A stretch of DNA of 64,000 nucleotides from the NCBI GenBank assembly GCA_919902675.1, contig CAKKRH010000012.1, positions 16,178 to 80,177 of the forward strand, in the 5' to 3' direction. The position numbers and the translations under genes were made by a program. Source of the DNA: Omnitrophica bacterium GWA2_41_15 (GTDB lineage: Bacteria; Omnitrophota; Gorgyraeia; Gygaellales; UBA12090). This document shows, in pieces, positions 26,461 to 35,496 of the stretch (its first letter is position 1; each line of letters starts with the position of its first letter). Below the pieces are notes generated by a model. The model was not told where the DNA came from, made no database searches, and saw nothing but the letters and a program-made list of their open reading frames with translations.

Positions 26461-27180
26461 ATGCTGGAAATTGCTTTTAGAAAGATTGAATCAGTCGCGG
26501 TTTTGGATTTGACCGGTAATATTAATATAGATTCAGCCAATTTTATAGAAAAAATCGGCTGGTGTTTGGAAAACGGTTACCCGGACATCCTCTGTAATTT
26601 TGAAAACATCAATCTGGTGGATTATGCCGGATTATCGGTGCTGGCGATCGCCTTTAAGAATGTGGAAAATCATAAAGGCAGGATAAAACTCATGGGTGTG
26701 CCAGGACATATCAAAAATATTTTCTCCCTGATGTGCTTAGACCGGATTGTTGAGATTTGTGATGAGGAAAAGCAAGCCATCAGCGGCTTTAAGGAAGACC
26801 AGGTTATTTCTGAGATTAAAAAGAAGAAGTTAAGAAGAAGATTCCGCCGCCTGCCTTTAGATATCAAGGTGGAGTTTAAAGCTAAGGATAAGAATGAGGA
26901 ATTCAGCCGCGGGAAAGTAGCGAATCTCAGCGGGGTGGGTTTATTAGTTGTGGCGGACAAGCTGTATCCGCTTAATGAAATGCTGGAGGTTAGGCTGATG
27001 CTCTCGCCCAAAATCGGGGTATTGGTATTTCAGGCCAAGGTGGCCTGGTTGGTGCGGATGGAATTACAGCCGCAGTTTTATCCCGGAATGGGCTTGGAGT
27101 TTTATCAACTTGAACATAGCCTGCAGAAAAAGATTGTTGAGTTTGTGGAAAGGAACCTGCCTTCAGGCTGCAATATATAG
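26461..27180 (+). CDS. STAS (anti-sigma-factor-antagonist-like) domain fused to a PilZ c-di-GMP-binding domain
   Basis: The N-terminal ~110 aa follow the STAS pattern (VAVLDLTGNIN..DYAGLSVL). The C-terminus has the PilZ motifs RRRFRR and NLSGVG. 239 aa. Confidence 0.7.
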   Translation: MLEIAFRKIESVAVLDLTGNINIDSANFIEKIGWCLENGYPDILCNFENINLVDYAGLSVLAIAFKNVENHKGRIKLMGVPGHIKNIFSLMCLDRIVEICDEEKQAISGFKEDQVISEIKKKKLRRRFRRLPLDIKVEFKAKDKNEEFSRGKVANLSGVGLLVVADKLYPLNEMLEVRLMLSPKIGVLVFQAKVAWLVRMELQPQFYPGMGLEFYQLEHSLQKKIVEFVERNLPSGCNI

Positions 27181-27182
27181 AA

Positions 27183-29111
27183 TTACCCCGCGCGCAGCTG
27201 CCTTTCGGCATCCACGATGTCCCGGTTGATTTTAGGAATAAGAGAGCTAATTTTTTCTTTAAGGATATCCGAACTCAGGCGGTTGGAAAGCATTTCCCTT
27301 AAAAGCTGATTGGACATCCTCAGATATCTGACTAACTCTCCTTCGTCAGTTGAGGTGTTCAGGATGGCCTTATGAAAGGGCTCTCCCCGGACCCAGGCCT
27401 CTACGGTATTAGCCAGATGGTAATGGGGAATCTTACTGGCCGGATATATTTTAAATCTATCTTCCTGTCTTAATATCTGGCGCATTATGTTCTCGGTAAG
27501 ATTTTTGAGATTTTTCCCCTGGCGGGATAATTTGGGCAGCTCATCGTGGCGGCGCGGCTCAAAGACCACCGCGGCCATCAGTATCGCCAGCTCCGTTTCA
27601 TTGAAATTTTCTAAGTATCCCTCCATAAACAGTTCGGATAAAATAATTTCATAACCGTATATCCCGGAGGCGAATTTACCCTTGGTGGTAAGCTCGTTAT
27701 TCTTGATGTAACCGGCAGACTTCAGGAAATTGATTTTCTGGCGCAGGAGGCCCAGGGCTTCTTCTTTTTTGCGCGCGCCGGATTGATAGAAGTGATAGGA
27801 AAGGGGATATATTTCCAGAAAGCGCTCTTTGTATTTTTCATACAAATGCAGCAGGGTGGCGTAAGAGCTGTTAAACTGGGAATTGACCGCCTCCGGCTGG
27901 CCGTAGATTATCCGCTTGAGCTCATCCGGGGTTATTTTACTCGGGTTGATTCGGGAATAAACAAAGCCCTCGGTATCAATTCCCCGCCTTCCGGCGCGTC
28001 CGGCCATCTGGTAGAAGTCCCGGGTTTTTAAACTGCACACATAATTTCCGTAGAATTTTCTTAAATCATCAAAGGCCACCGAGCGCGCCGGCATATTTAT
28101 CCCCAGGGCAAAGGTTTCGGTGGTAAAGATGACCTTTAAAAGGCGCGAGGTAAAAAGCTGTTCCACTACTTCTTTTAATGTAGGCAGCATCCCGGCGTGA
28201 TGATAGGCAATCCCCCGGCTGACCAAAGGATACATCCGGGAGGCGCTGGGTTCGCGCTCAAGGTCATAGCGTTTCAGCAGTTCGTTGAATAATTTAAGCA
28301 CGCTTTCGCGTTCGTCATCCTTCAGAAAGTCAAAGTTGTATAATTCCTCGGCCAGTTCCTCGCATCTGCGCCGGGAGAAACAGAAATAGATGCAGGGCAG
28401 TTCCTCATTCTGACGGATATGCCCAATAAGCGCGGTCAGGCGGTTGGGATGGGCTTCTTTATGGAATTCAGAGCGCTTTCCGCGATAGGCGTAGCTAATA
28501 ACTTTGAGGCTTATCTGCCGAAGCTCCTTAAAATCGTCTAAGATTTTGTTCTGGCACTGAAAGCGAAAATGCAGCGGTACGGGCCGGGTTTCCTCAATAA
28601 TAATCTTAAGCGGCATCTTGTGCACGGATTCAAGCCAGCGGCTAAATTCTTCGATATTGGGGACGGTTGCGCTTAAGCCCAGGATGCGGATATGGCTGGG
28701 TAAAAGCATTAAGGATTCCTCCCAGACCGTGCCCCGCTCATAGTTGTCAATATAGTGGATTTCGTCATAAATCACCCAGGAGAATTTCTTAAGTGTTCGC
28801 GGCTCATCCAGAATCTTATTACGGAAGATTTCGGTGGTCATAATCAGGACCGGGGCATCCGGATTGATCGAGACATCGCCGGTGAGGATGCCGATTTTAT
28901 CCCGGTAGGCCTTGGTGAAGTCGCGAAATTTCTGATTGGAGAGGGCCTTGATCGGGGCGGTATAGATTACCCCTTGGTTGGATTCTAAGCACTCCTCAAT
29001 CACATATTCGGCAATGGCGGTTTTTCCCGCTCCGGTGGGCGCGGAAACTATCACCGAATGGCCTTTTTTAATATAATCTATGGCTTCCTGTTGAAAGCGG
29101 TCGTAGCGCAT
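27183..29111 (-). CDS. Ski2-like superfamily-2 DEAD/DEAH-box helicase
   Basis: Motif I APTGAGKT, motif II DEIH, SAT, and the helicase C motifs HHAGM and MAGRAGRRG. An alpha-helical C-terminal extension follows. The ATG at 29111 (MRYDRFQQEAI) is preferred over the GTG at 29135. Confidence 0.85.
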   Translation of the reverse strand: MRYDRFQQEAIDYIKKGHSVIVSAPTGAGKTAIAEYVIEECLESNQGVIYTAPIKALSNQKFRDFTKAYRDKIGILTGDVSINPDAPVLIMTTEIFRNKILDEPRTLKKFSWVIYDEIHYIDNYERGTVWEESLMLLPSHIRILGLSATVPNIEEFSRWLESVHKMPLKIIIEETRPVPLHFRFQCQNKILDDFKELRQISLKVISYAYRGKRSEFHKEAHPNRLTALIGHIRQNEELPCIYFCFSRRRCEELAEELYNFDFLKDDERESVLKLFNELLKRYDLEREPSASRMYPLVSRGIAYHHAGMLPTLKEVVEQLFTSRLLKVIFTTETFALGINMPARSVAFDDLRKFYGNYVCSLKTRDFYQMAGRAGRRGIDTEGFVYSRINPSKITPDELKRIIYGQPEAVNSQFNSSYATLLHLYEKYKERFLEIYPLSYHFYQSGARKKEEALGLLRQKINFLKSAGYIKNNELTTKGKFASGIYGYEIILSELFMEGYLENFNETELAILMAAVVFEPRRHDELPKLSRQGKNLKNLTENIMRQILRQEDRFKIYPASKIPHYHLANTVEAWVRGEPFHKAILNTSTDEGELVRYLRMSNQLLREMLSNRLSSDILKEKISSLIPKINRDIVDAERQLRAG

Positions 29112-29154
29112 AGATTTATTATAACACAATATCACGGACAGGAGGCCTAAAAAG

Positions 29155-29163
29155 TGGTATAAT
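29155..29163 (+). promoter_or_regulatory. Extended -10 promoter element
   Basis: TGGTATAAT lies 52 nt upstream of the ATG at 29215, and the RBS AAAGGAGG precedes the start. The -35 element is weak. Confidence 0.45.
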
Positions 29164-29214
29164 ATTTTGTTTTCTTATAATCAAGATTTTATTAACTAAA
29201 GGAGGATTTTCTAA

Positions 29215-31356
29215 ATGGATACCAAGAACAATCAGGTAGAAGCATATTTATCTCAGCTTCAACAGGAAAAGTTTAATGAACAGTTAAATAGCGCTTATGG
29301 GATTTCTAAGGATGCCGCCAACCCTAAGATAGCCCGGATAGGTTTTGACGGAAAAGAAAATCGCTTAGGCTGGACTCTGGCCAACCTGAATTGGATTCTG
29401 GGGAATTACCGGCTTGTGGAGAGCCTGCTCGAGGATGCCCAAAAGATCCGCGATAATTTCAAATACGCGGTTTTCTGCGGTATGGGGGGGTCGGGATTAA
29501 CCGTGCAGTTAGTCAAGGATACCTTTGGTGAGAGCGGGGTAACTATATACAGCTTAAGGACTACCGATCCTAAGGCGATCAAAGATATCTTGGATGAGAT
29601 AACCGCGATAGAAGGCTCTTTGGAGAAAGCGCTGGAGAAAATATTAGTGATTGCTATTAGCAAATCCGGGACCACCATTGAGACCGTTTCCCATAAAAAA
29701 TATTTTGAAGAGCTTTATAATAAATCCGGAATAGATATTAAAAAGCATCTCTGGGTCCTTACCGATAAAGGCTCACCAATGGATACCGGGGATTACAAGC
29801 AGAGAGAAATTCAGCTTAACGGCCGGGGAGATATCGGGGGCAGGTTTACCGCTCCGGCCACCAATATCTTTTTATTGCCTTTGGCCATAGCCGCCGCGCA
29901 GAAAGTGCGGACAGTTTTAGAGACGGCTAAATCCATGAATGATTTCGCTGATATTAAGCAAGACACATTCTTAAAGTTAGGGGCTTATTTATATCATATG
30001 GCCGCAGATGAGGGAAAAGATAAGCTTACTATGCTTATGCCGGATGAATTAAAAGACATCCCGATGTGGGCGGAGCAGTTGGTTGAGGAGTCTTTGGGTA
30101 AAGACGGTAAAGGCATAAGCCTTTTTTACGCGGAGAAGCTCTCGCCTAAGGAATTAAGGCCTGCCCGGGAGAATGACCGGGTATTTTTCCGGATAAATAT
30201 AGGCGGCCGGAAAACCAGCCCTGAGCTTTGGAATTATCTGACGGCAAATAAATATCCGGTGTTTGAGATAGACATAAAAGATCTGGACTCCATCGGCGGG
30301 ATTATGCTGGGATTACAAAGGGCGGTTGCCGCGATCGGCTATCTCTGGGATATTTGTTTTGTGGACCAGCCGGCAGTAGAAGGCTATAAGAAGGCGACTA
30401 AAGAGGTAATGAAAATAGGAGGGGAAGCCAAGGTTCCCGCGCAGTGGCGTTTTGCCGCCTTTAAAGGGTTGAAGTTATATTATAGCCCTTTACTTGAGGC
30501 AGGAGCCTTTAGCGACAGTCAATTGCGCGAAGAAGTAAAAAAGATGAAGGGAAATCCGGATAGCGCGCCTGATGCCTACGCGGCAATAATCAGCCTGCTT
30601 ATTCAAAAGGCAAAATTAGAGGCGATTGAGCTTACCTCTTACGGCAAGATGTCTCCGGCTTTTAAAAATATTCTTGATCAGGCCAGATATAGCCTCTTTA
30701 CCCGGGGCTTAAAACTTCCGGCAAAATTAGGGGAGGGCCCGGATAAGAACCATTCTTACCATCAGAATATTGAGGCTGGAAAAGATATGTGGTTTTCCAC
30801 TTATTTCCTGGCCGATAAAATTGAACAGCCCCAAGGTTTGGAATTTGACCCCAATCTGCTCAAGGCCCAGGCCATCGGAACAGTCCAGTCGCTCGTCAAC
30901 AATAAGCGCAAGGTGGCGCTGATTACCTTTGCCGGCACAGCTCAAGACGCCCAGGTTGAGCTAAAAGAATTCTGGGATAAGCTTTTAGGAATTCTTATTG
31001 CCGCGAAAATAATAAAAAGCCCCGAGGCAAGCCAGATGGTTACTTATGATGAATTCAGAAAATCAGAGATAAGGGTAGCGCGGATACAAGAGGTTAACCC
31101 GCATCCCAATGCCGACAGGCTTTATGTGCTCAAGATTGATTTAGGCGGTTCTCCGCGTCAGATCGTGGCCGGAATCCGCGCTTCCTATAAGCCTGAGGAA
31201 TTAGTGGGGAAACAGATCGCGGTTATAATTAATTTAGAGCCGGCAGTAATCCGGGGGGTGGAAAGCCAGGGAATGCTGTTGGCCGCTTCCGATGACACCG
31301 GAATCGCAATCTTAACTCCGCAAAGGGAAGTCAAGCCGGGGAGCGTGGTAAAATAA
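29215..31356 (+). CDS. Glucose-6-phosphate isomerase-like protein fused to a C-terminal tRNA-binding (Trbp111/CsaA-type OB) domain
   Basis: PGI motifs FCGMGGSGL, AISKSGTTIET and GGRFT. The last ~105 aa (VARIQEVNPHPNADRLYVLKIDLGG..RQIVAGI...GVESQGMLLAA) match the tRNA_bind domain. Confidence 0.75.
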   Translation: MDTKNNQVEAYLSQLQQEKFNEQLNSAYGISKDAANPKIARIGFDGKENRLGWTLANLNWILGNYRLVESLLEDAQKIRDNFKYAVFCGMGGSGLTVQLVKDTFGESGVTIYSLRTTDPKAIKDILDEITAIEGSLEKALEKILVIAISKSGTTIETVSHKKYFEELYNKSGIDIKKHLWVLTDKGSPMDTGDYKQREIQLNGRGDIGGRFTAPATNIFLLPLAIAAAQKVRTVLETAKSMNDFADIKQDTFLKLGAYLYHMAADEGKDKLTMLMPDELKDIPMWAEQLVEESLGKDGKGISLFYAEKLSPKELRPARENDRVFFRINIGGRKTSPELWNYLTANKYPVFEIDIKDLDSIGGIMLGLQRAVAAIGYLWDICFVDQPAVEGYKKATKEVMKIGGEAKVPAQWRFAAFKGLKLYYSPLLEAGAFSDSQLREEVKKMKGNPDSAPDAYAAIISLLIQKAKLEAIELTSYGKMSPAFKNILDQARYSLFTRGLKLPAKLGEGPDKNHSYHQNIEAGKDMWFSTYFLADKIEQPQGLEFDPNLLKAQAIGTVQSLVNNKRKVALITFAGTAQDAQVELKEFWDKLLGILIAAKIIKSPEASQMVTYDEFRKSEIRVARIQEVNPHPNADRLYVLKIDLGGSPRQIVAGIRASYKPEELVGKQIAVIINLEPAVIRGVESQGMLLAASDDTGIAILTPQREVKPGSVVK

Positions 31357-31398
31357 CCAAATCCAAGCCCGCATTGGAATTTTGGGATTAAATTTGAA

Positions 31399-32754
31399 AT
31401 GGAATTAAAACAATTTGTCCATTCGGATTATTGCCTTAAGTGTGTGGGTTGCTGCCGTTTTCTTGAAAATCCTACAATTTGGGCTCCCCAGGGATTCCGT
31501 TTAGTAAAAACCAACGATGGATACCGCTGTGAACACCTGAAAGAAGAGAATAATTGCTGTGCCATATATTCTCAAAGGCCGCTGGATTGCCGGCTGTATC
31601 CTTTTTTATTAGTTAGAAAATGCGGAAATCTTCATCTGGGCCTGCATAAAAGCTGTTGTTTTGTTGAAGAGAAACAGCCTGCCTCGGCCGATATTCAGGC
31701 TTACGCCCAATATCTTAAGAATAGACTCAATGCCGCTTCACTTATTTCCGCGATCCGTGAAAATCCGGAAATCGCCGCCGATTATCAGGAAAATGTAGAG
31801 CTAATCACAGATTTAAAATATATATTTGCCAAAGCCTATCTTCCTAAACTCAATAAACTTACTCTCAAAGATAAGCCCCTGATAGAGGGCTACCTTTTAA
31901 AATCTAAAACCAGCCTTTCAGCGTATCATTTCGCGGATATCTTTATTTGGAAGGATTTATTTCAGATTTTTTGGTTAATCCTTGAAGATGAGCTTTGTAT
32001 TTTTTATCATGATAAAATTGGGATGTTTATGATGTTGCCGCCCTTAGGAAAGTTTAAGCCAGCGGTGGTAATGAAGTGTTTTGAGATTATGAACGCGTAT
32101 AACTCTGATAGTCCGGTGAGCCGGATTGAGAACGCGGCCCGGGAAGATATTTCTAAATATTCGCGCTTAGGATTAAGTTCTAAGCTTAAAGACGGCGAAT
32201 ACCTTTGCTTAAGAAAAGATTTGATTGAATTAGCCGGTAAAGGCTTTAAGTCCAAGCGTTCAGGCTATAATTATTTCGTTAAGAACCATAAGGCCGATTT
32301 TTTAGAATATAAAGACAGCTGCTACCTTGACTGCCTCAAGCTTTATCAATACTGGAGCCGTCAACGTAAAGAAGGACACGGAGATGTTATTTATCAGCAG
32401 ATGTTGGAGGACAGTTTCTTAAGTTTCCAAACCGCTTTACGATACTATAAAAAGTTAGGCTTAAGAGGTTATGTGGTTCGACTACGCTCACCACAGGCGG
32501 CAAAGATTAACGGAAAAATAAAAGCCTGCACTTTCGGCTATTCTTTAAACAAAGAGACATTTTGTGTTTTATTTGAAATCTGCGATTTTAATTTTAAAGG
32601 AATAGCCCAGTATGTCTTCCGGGAGTTTTGCAAAAAGTTATCCGGGTATAAGTATATAAATATTATGGGCGCCTCAGATTTAGAGAACCTAAAAACAGTA
32701 AAACTTTCCTACCACCCGAAGAAAGAAATCGGAGTCTACAATATTTATCAATAA
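31399..32754 (+). CDS. YkgJ-type CxxCxxCC cysteine-cluster domain fused to a DUF2156 (MprF C-terminal-like) domain
   Basis: N-terminus has CLKCVGCCRF...C.IY..RPLDCRLYPF. The C-terminal ~300 aa resemble phosphatidylglycerol lysyltransferase C-terminal-like proteins, by pattern only. Confidence 0.5.
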   Translation: MELKQFVHSDYCLKCVGCCRFLENPTIWAPQGFRLVKTNDGYRCEHLKEENNCCAIYSQRPLDCRLYPFLLVRKCGNLHLGLHKSCCFVEEKQPASADIQAYAQYLKNRLNAASLISAIRENPEIAADYQENVELITDLKYIFAKAYLPKLNKLTLKDKPLIEGYLLKSKTSLSAYHFADIFIWKDLFQIFWLILEDELCIFYHDKIGMFMMLPPLGKFKPAVVMKCFEIMNAYNSDSPVSRIENAAREDISKYSRLGLSSKLKDGEYLCLRKDLIELAGKGFKSKRSGYNYFVKNHKADFLEYKDSCYLDCLKLYQYWSRQRKEGHGDVIYQQMLEDSFLSFQTALRYYKKLGLRGYVVRLRSPQAAKINGKIKACTFGYSLNKETFCVLFEICDFNFKGIAQYVFREFCKKLSGYKYINIMGASDLENLKTVKLSYHPKKEIGVYNIYQ

Positions 32755-32766
32755 TGACGATCTAAA

Positions 32767-34200
32767 ATGCCATATTTAACCTGGAAATCCTTTGGCTGGA
32801 AGATGGGTGCCTGGCCAATCTTTGAGGCAATTAAGGGTAAGCAAAATGTATTTTTTTTAGACAGCTCTCTGCGCCGTCCGGCCTTAGGCCGTTATTCCTT
32901 TTTAGGCTTTGAGCCGTTTTATATCTTTAAGGCTAAAGGCCAAAAAGATTCTCTTGATCAGTTAAGAGGTTTGCTTAGGTGCTACAGGTTAGCAAATACC
33001 AAATTTCCTTTTTTAGGCGGGGCAGTCGGCTATTTGGCTTATGATTTCGGATTAAGCTTAGAGAATATTAAGGAAAAAACCAAAGATGATCTGGGTTTGC
33101 CGGATGTGTTTTTTGGATTTTACGATACCATAATCGCCATTGACCATTGGCAGAGAAAACTGACTGTTTTTTCCACCGGTTTTCCCGAAAAAAGCTCTTT
33201 CTTAGCCAAAAAACGCTCAGAGCAGAGATTAAAACAGTTTATTCAGGAGTTGTCTAACCAAGGCCGTCATTCAAGTTGTGTTACGATGTCATTGCGAGTA
33301 GCCGCAGGCGATGCGGCAATCTCAAAAACGGGTTTGCTTCACCCCTTCGGGGTTCGCAATGACAAATTAGCAGTTAAGCCCGTATCTAATTTCACCAAAG
33401 AGAAATATTTAAAAGCAGTTACCAAAGCCAAGGATTACATAAAAAAAGGCGACATCTATCAGGTTAATCTTTCCCAGAGATTCAGCGCGCAAACCCCTTT
33501 AAGCAGTTTTGACTTATATCAGAAACTGCGTCAGGCTTCACCCAGCGATTTCTCAGCTTACCTTGACTGCGGAGATTTTCAGATTATCAGCTCTTCTCCG
33601 GAGAGATTTCTTAATTTTGACGGGAAAAAGGTTTCCACCCGGCCGATGAAGGGGACCAGGCCGCGGGGAACAAATCCCCGGGCTGACGCGCGCCATAAGC
33701 GGGATTTGCTTCAAAGTCCCAAAGATAAGGCCGAATTGCTGATGATTGTGGATTTACTGCGCAATGACCTGGGCCGGGTCTGTAAATACGGCTCAATCAA
33801 AGTCAGCTCACCGCGCGCCCTGGAGGCCTATTCTACGGTTTATCAGACCACCGCCTCTATTGAAGGAATTTTGCATCCGGAAAAAGACCGCCTTGACCTG
33901 CTCAAGGCCTGTTTTCCCGGAGGCTCAATAACTGGATGCCCCAAAATCCGCTCAATGCAAATAATTGAGGAGTTAGAGCCGAGCCGCAGGGCAATTTATA
34001 CCGGCTCGCTGGGGTATCTTAGTTTTAATAACACCCTGGATTTGAATATCTTAATCCGCACAATTTTAAAAAAAAGTGATAAAATATACTTTCAAACCGG
34101 CGGCGGAATCGTGGCCGACTCCCAAGCCGAGAATGAATACCAGGAAACTCTGATCAAAACCCAAGGCATCTTCCGGGCGTTAAATGGCGAGAGCGCGTAA
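32767..34200 (+). CDS. pabB: Aminodeoxychorismate synthase component I (chorismate-binding enzyme)
   Basis: Chorismate-binding motifs SSPERFL, RPMKGTRPRG, PGGSITGCPK and IYTGSLGY. The operon partner pabC lies downstream. It carries an in-frame palindromic insert. Confidence 0.85.
   Translation: MPYLTWKSFGWKMGAWPIFEAIKGKQNVFFLDSSLRRPALGRYSFLGFEPFYIFKAKGQKDSLDQLRGLLRCYRLANTKFPFLGGAVGYLAYDFGLSLENIKEKTKDDLGLPDVFFGFYDTIIAIDHWQRKLTVFSTGFPEKSSFLAKKRSEQRLKQFIQELSNQGRHSSCVTMSLRVAAGDAAISKTGLLHPFGVRNDKLAVKPVSNFTKEKYLKAVTKAKDYIKKGDIYQVNLSQRFSAQTPLSSFDLYQKLRQASPSDFSAYLDCGDFQIISSSPERFLNFDGKKVSTRPMKGTRPRGTNPRADARHKRDLLQSPKDKAELLMIVDLLRNDLGRVCKYGSIKVSSPRALEAYSTVYQTTASIEGILHPEKDRLDLLKACFPGGSITGCPKIRSMQIIEELEPSRRAIYTGSLGYLSFNNTLDLNILIRTILKKSDKIYFQTGGGIVADSQAENEYQETLIKTQGIFRALNGESA
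33288..33363. mobile_element. 76-bp palindromic MITE-like element translated in frame within pabB
   Basis: Terminal inverted repeats GTCATTGCGA / TCGCAATGAC. Internal hairpins GCCGCA-GGCGA-TGCGGC and CCCC-TTCG-GGGG. Translated as SLRVAAGDAAISKTGLLHPFGVRND. Confidence 0.7.
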
Positions 34201-34219
34201 TAAAGAGAAACGAATTTTG

Positions 34220-34248
34220 TTGACAAGCAATCCATTTTCGGCGATAAT
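34220..34248 (+). promoter_or_regulatory. Near-consensus sigma70-type promoter, possibly giving a leaderless mRNA
   Basis: TTGACA (34220-34225), 17-nt spacer, GATAAT (34243-34248). The ATG at 34256 is only 7 nt downstream of the -10 element and has no RBS. Confidence 0.6.
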
Positions 34249-34255
34249 GTAAAGT

Positions 34256-35461
34256 ATGAAATACATTCACAGATTCCTGGAAGAAAGAATACGCCATACA
34301 TTTAAGCGGGGTAAGAGCGTTCTTTTGCTTGGTGCGCGCCAAACCGGTAAAACTACGCTCATCAGCCGGTTTAAGCATGATTTGCTGGTTTCGTTTGTGC
34401 CGCCGGATATAAGACAGCAGTATGAAAAATCCCCCCATTTATTAAAAGGAGAAGTGGAGGCCTTGGCGGCCGCGCAAACGGGAAAGCGCCCGCTGATTAT
34501 CCTGGATGAGGTTCAGAAGGTTCCGGTTATCTTGGATGTTGTTCAGGACCTGATTGACCGGGGAAAAGCTAATTTTATACTTACGGGCTCAAGCGCCCGT
34601 AAGCTTCGCCGGGGTGCCCAGGTAAACCTCCTTCCCGGACGCGTTGTTGCCTTTAAGATGGACCCGTTTAGTTTGAGGGAATTTCCCGCGAAGGATCTCA
34701 ATGAACGGCTTCTTTACGGTTCATTGCCCGGCATTCTCTCGGTCCCGTCGTTAGCAGACAGGGAGGCCGATTTAGAATCGTATGTAACGACTTATTTGGA
34801 AGAAGAAGTGCGAGCTGAAGCCGTGGTGCGCAATCTGGGGGATTTTGCGAGGTTTTTAGAGCTCGCCGCATCCGAATCCGGAGGAATTATAAATTTAAGA
34901 AAACTGTCGCAGGAGATTGGCGTTTCTCACACGACTATTGGGGCTTATTATCAAATATTGGAGGATTGCCTTATTGCCGAGCGGATAGAACCGTTAACCA
35001 TAAGCAAAACCAGAAAAAAACTTACCAAGTCCGAGAAATATCTTTTTTTTGATTTAGGGGTCAGGAGGCTTGCCGCTCGGGAAGGAACAAGGCTTTCCCG
35101 CGACGCGATGGGGCGGATTTTTGAACAGTTTGTCGGCCTTGAACTCTTAAGATCAGCGCATACAAAAGGCCGGGGGATAAAGATTAGGTTCTGGCGCGAC
35201 CCGGACGGCCCGGAAGTGGATTGGATTATAGACAAGGACGGCGCGTATACTCCCATAGAAGTTAAGTTGACCGCGAGCCCCGGCATATGCGATATACGGC
35301 ATTTGGAGGTTTTCTTATCCGAGTATAAAACCGCGAAACATGGTTTTTTGGTCTGTCAGGTTTCGCGCAAGCTTAAGCTAAGCGAAAGAGTCTTTGCCTT
35401 GCCCTGGCATGAAATCAGCGAAGTCCTTGGAAAAGGGAAAAAGGGGACGCTTCTATTTTAA
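34256..35461 (+). CDS. AAA+ ATPase with C-terminal DUF4143-type domain (second, divergent paralogue)
   Basis: Walker A GARQTGKTT, Walker B IILDEVQKV, then LTGSSARKL. 401 aa. The last 7 codons lie in the 19-bp inverted repeat. Confidence 0.8.
   Translation: MKYIHRFLEERIRHTFKRGKSVLLLGARQTGKTTLISRFKHDLLVSFVPPDIRQQYEKSPHLLKGEVEALAAAQTGKRPLIILDEVQKVPVILDVVQDLIDRGKANFILTGSSARKLRRGAQVNLLPGRVVAFKMDPFSLREFPAKDLNERLLYGSLPGILSVPSLADREADLESYVTTYLEEEVRAEAVVRNLGDFARFLELAASESGGIINLRKLSQEIGVSHTTIGAYYQILEDCLIAERIEPLTISKTRKKLTKSEKYLFFDLGVRRLAAREGTRLSRDAMGRIFEQFVGLELLRSAHTKGRGIKIRFWRDPDGPEVDWIIDKDGAYTPIEVKLTASPGICDIRHLEVFLSEYKTAKHGFLVCQVSRKLKLSERVFALPWHEISEVLGKGKKGTLLF
35440..35458. repeat. Left 19-bp inverted repeat bracketing the RAYT-like gene
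   Basis: AAAGGGGACGCTTCTATTT is the perfect reverse complement of 36157-36175. Confidence 0.9.
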
Positions 35462-35496
35462 TTGACACGAAGAATGTTCTGTGATATTTTCAGTCT

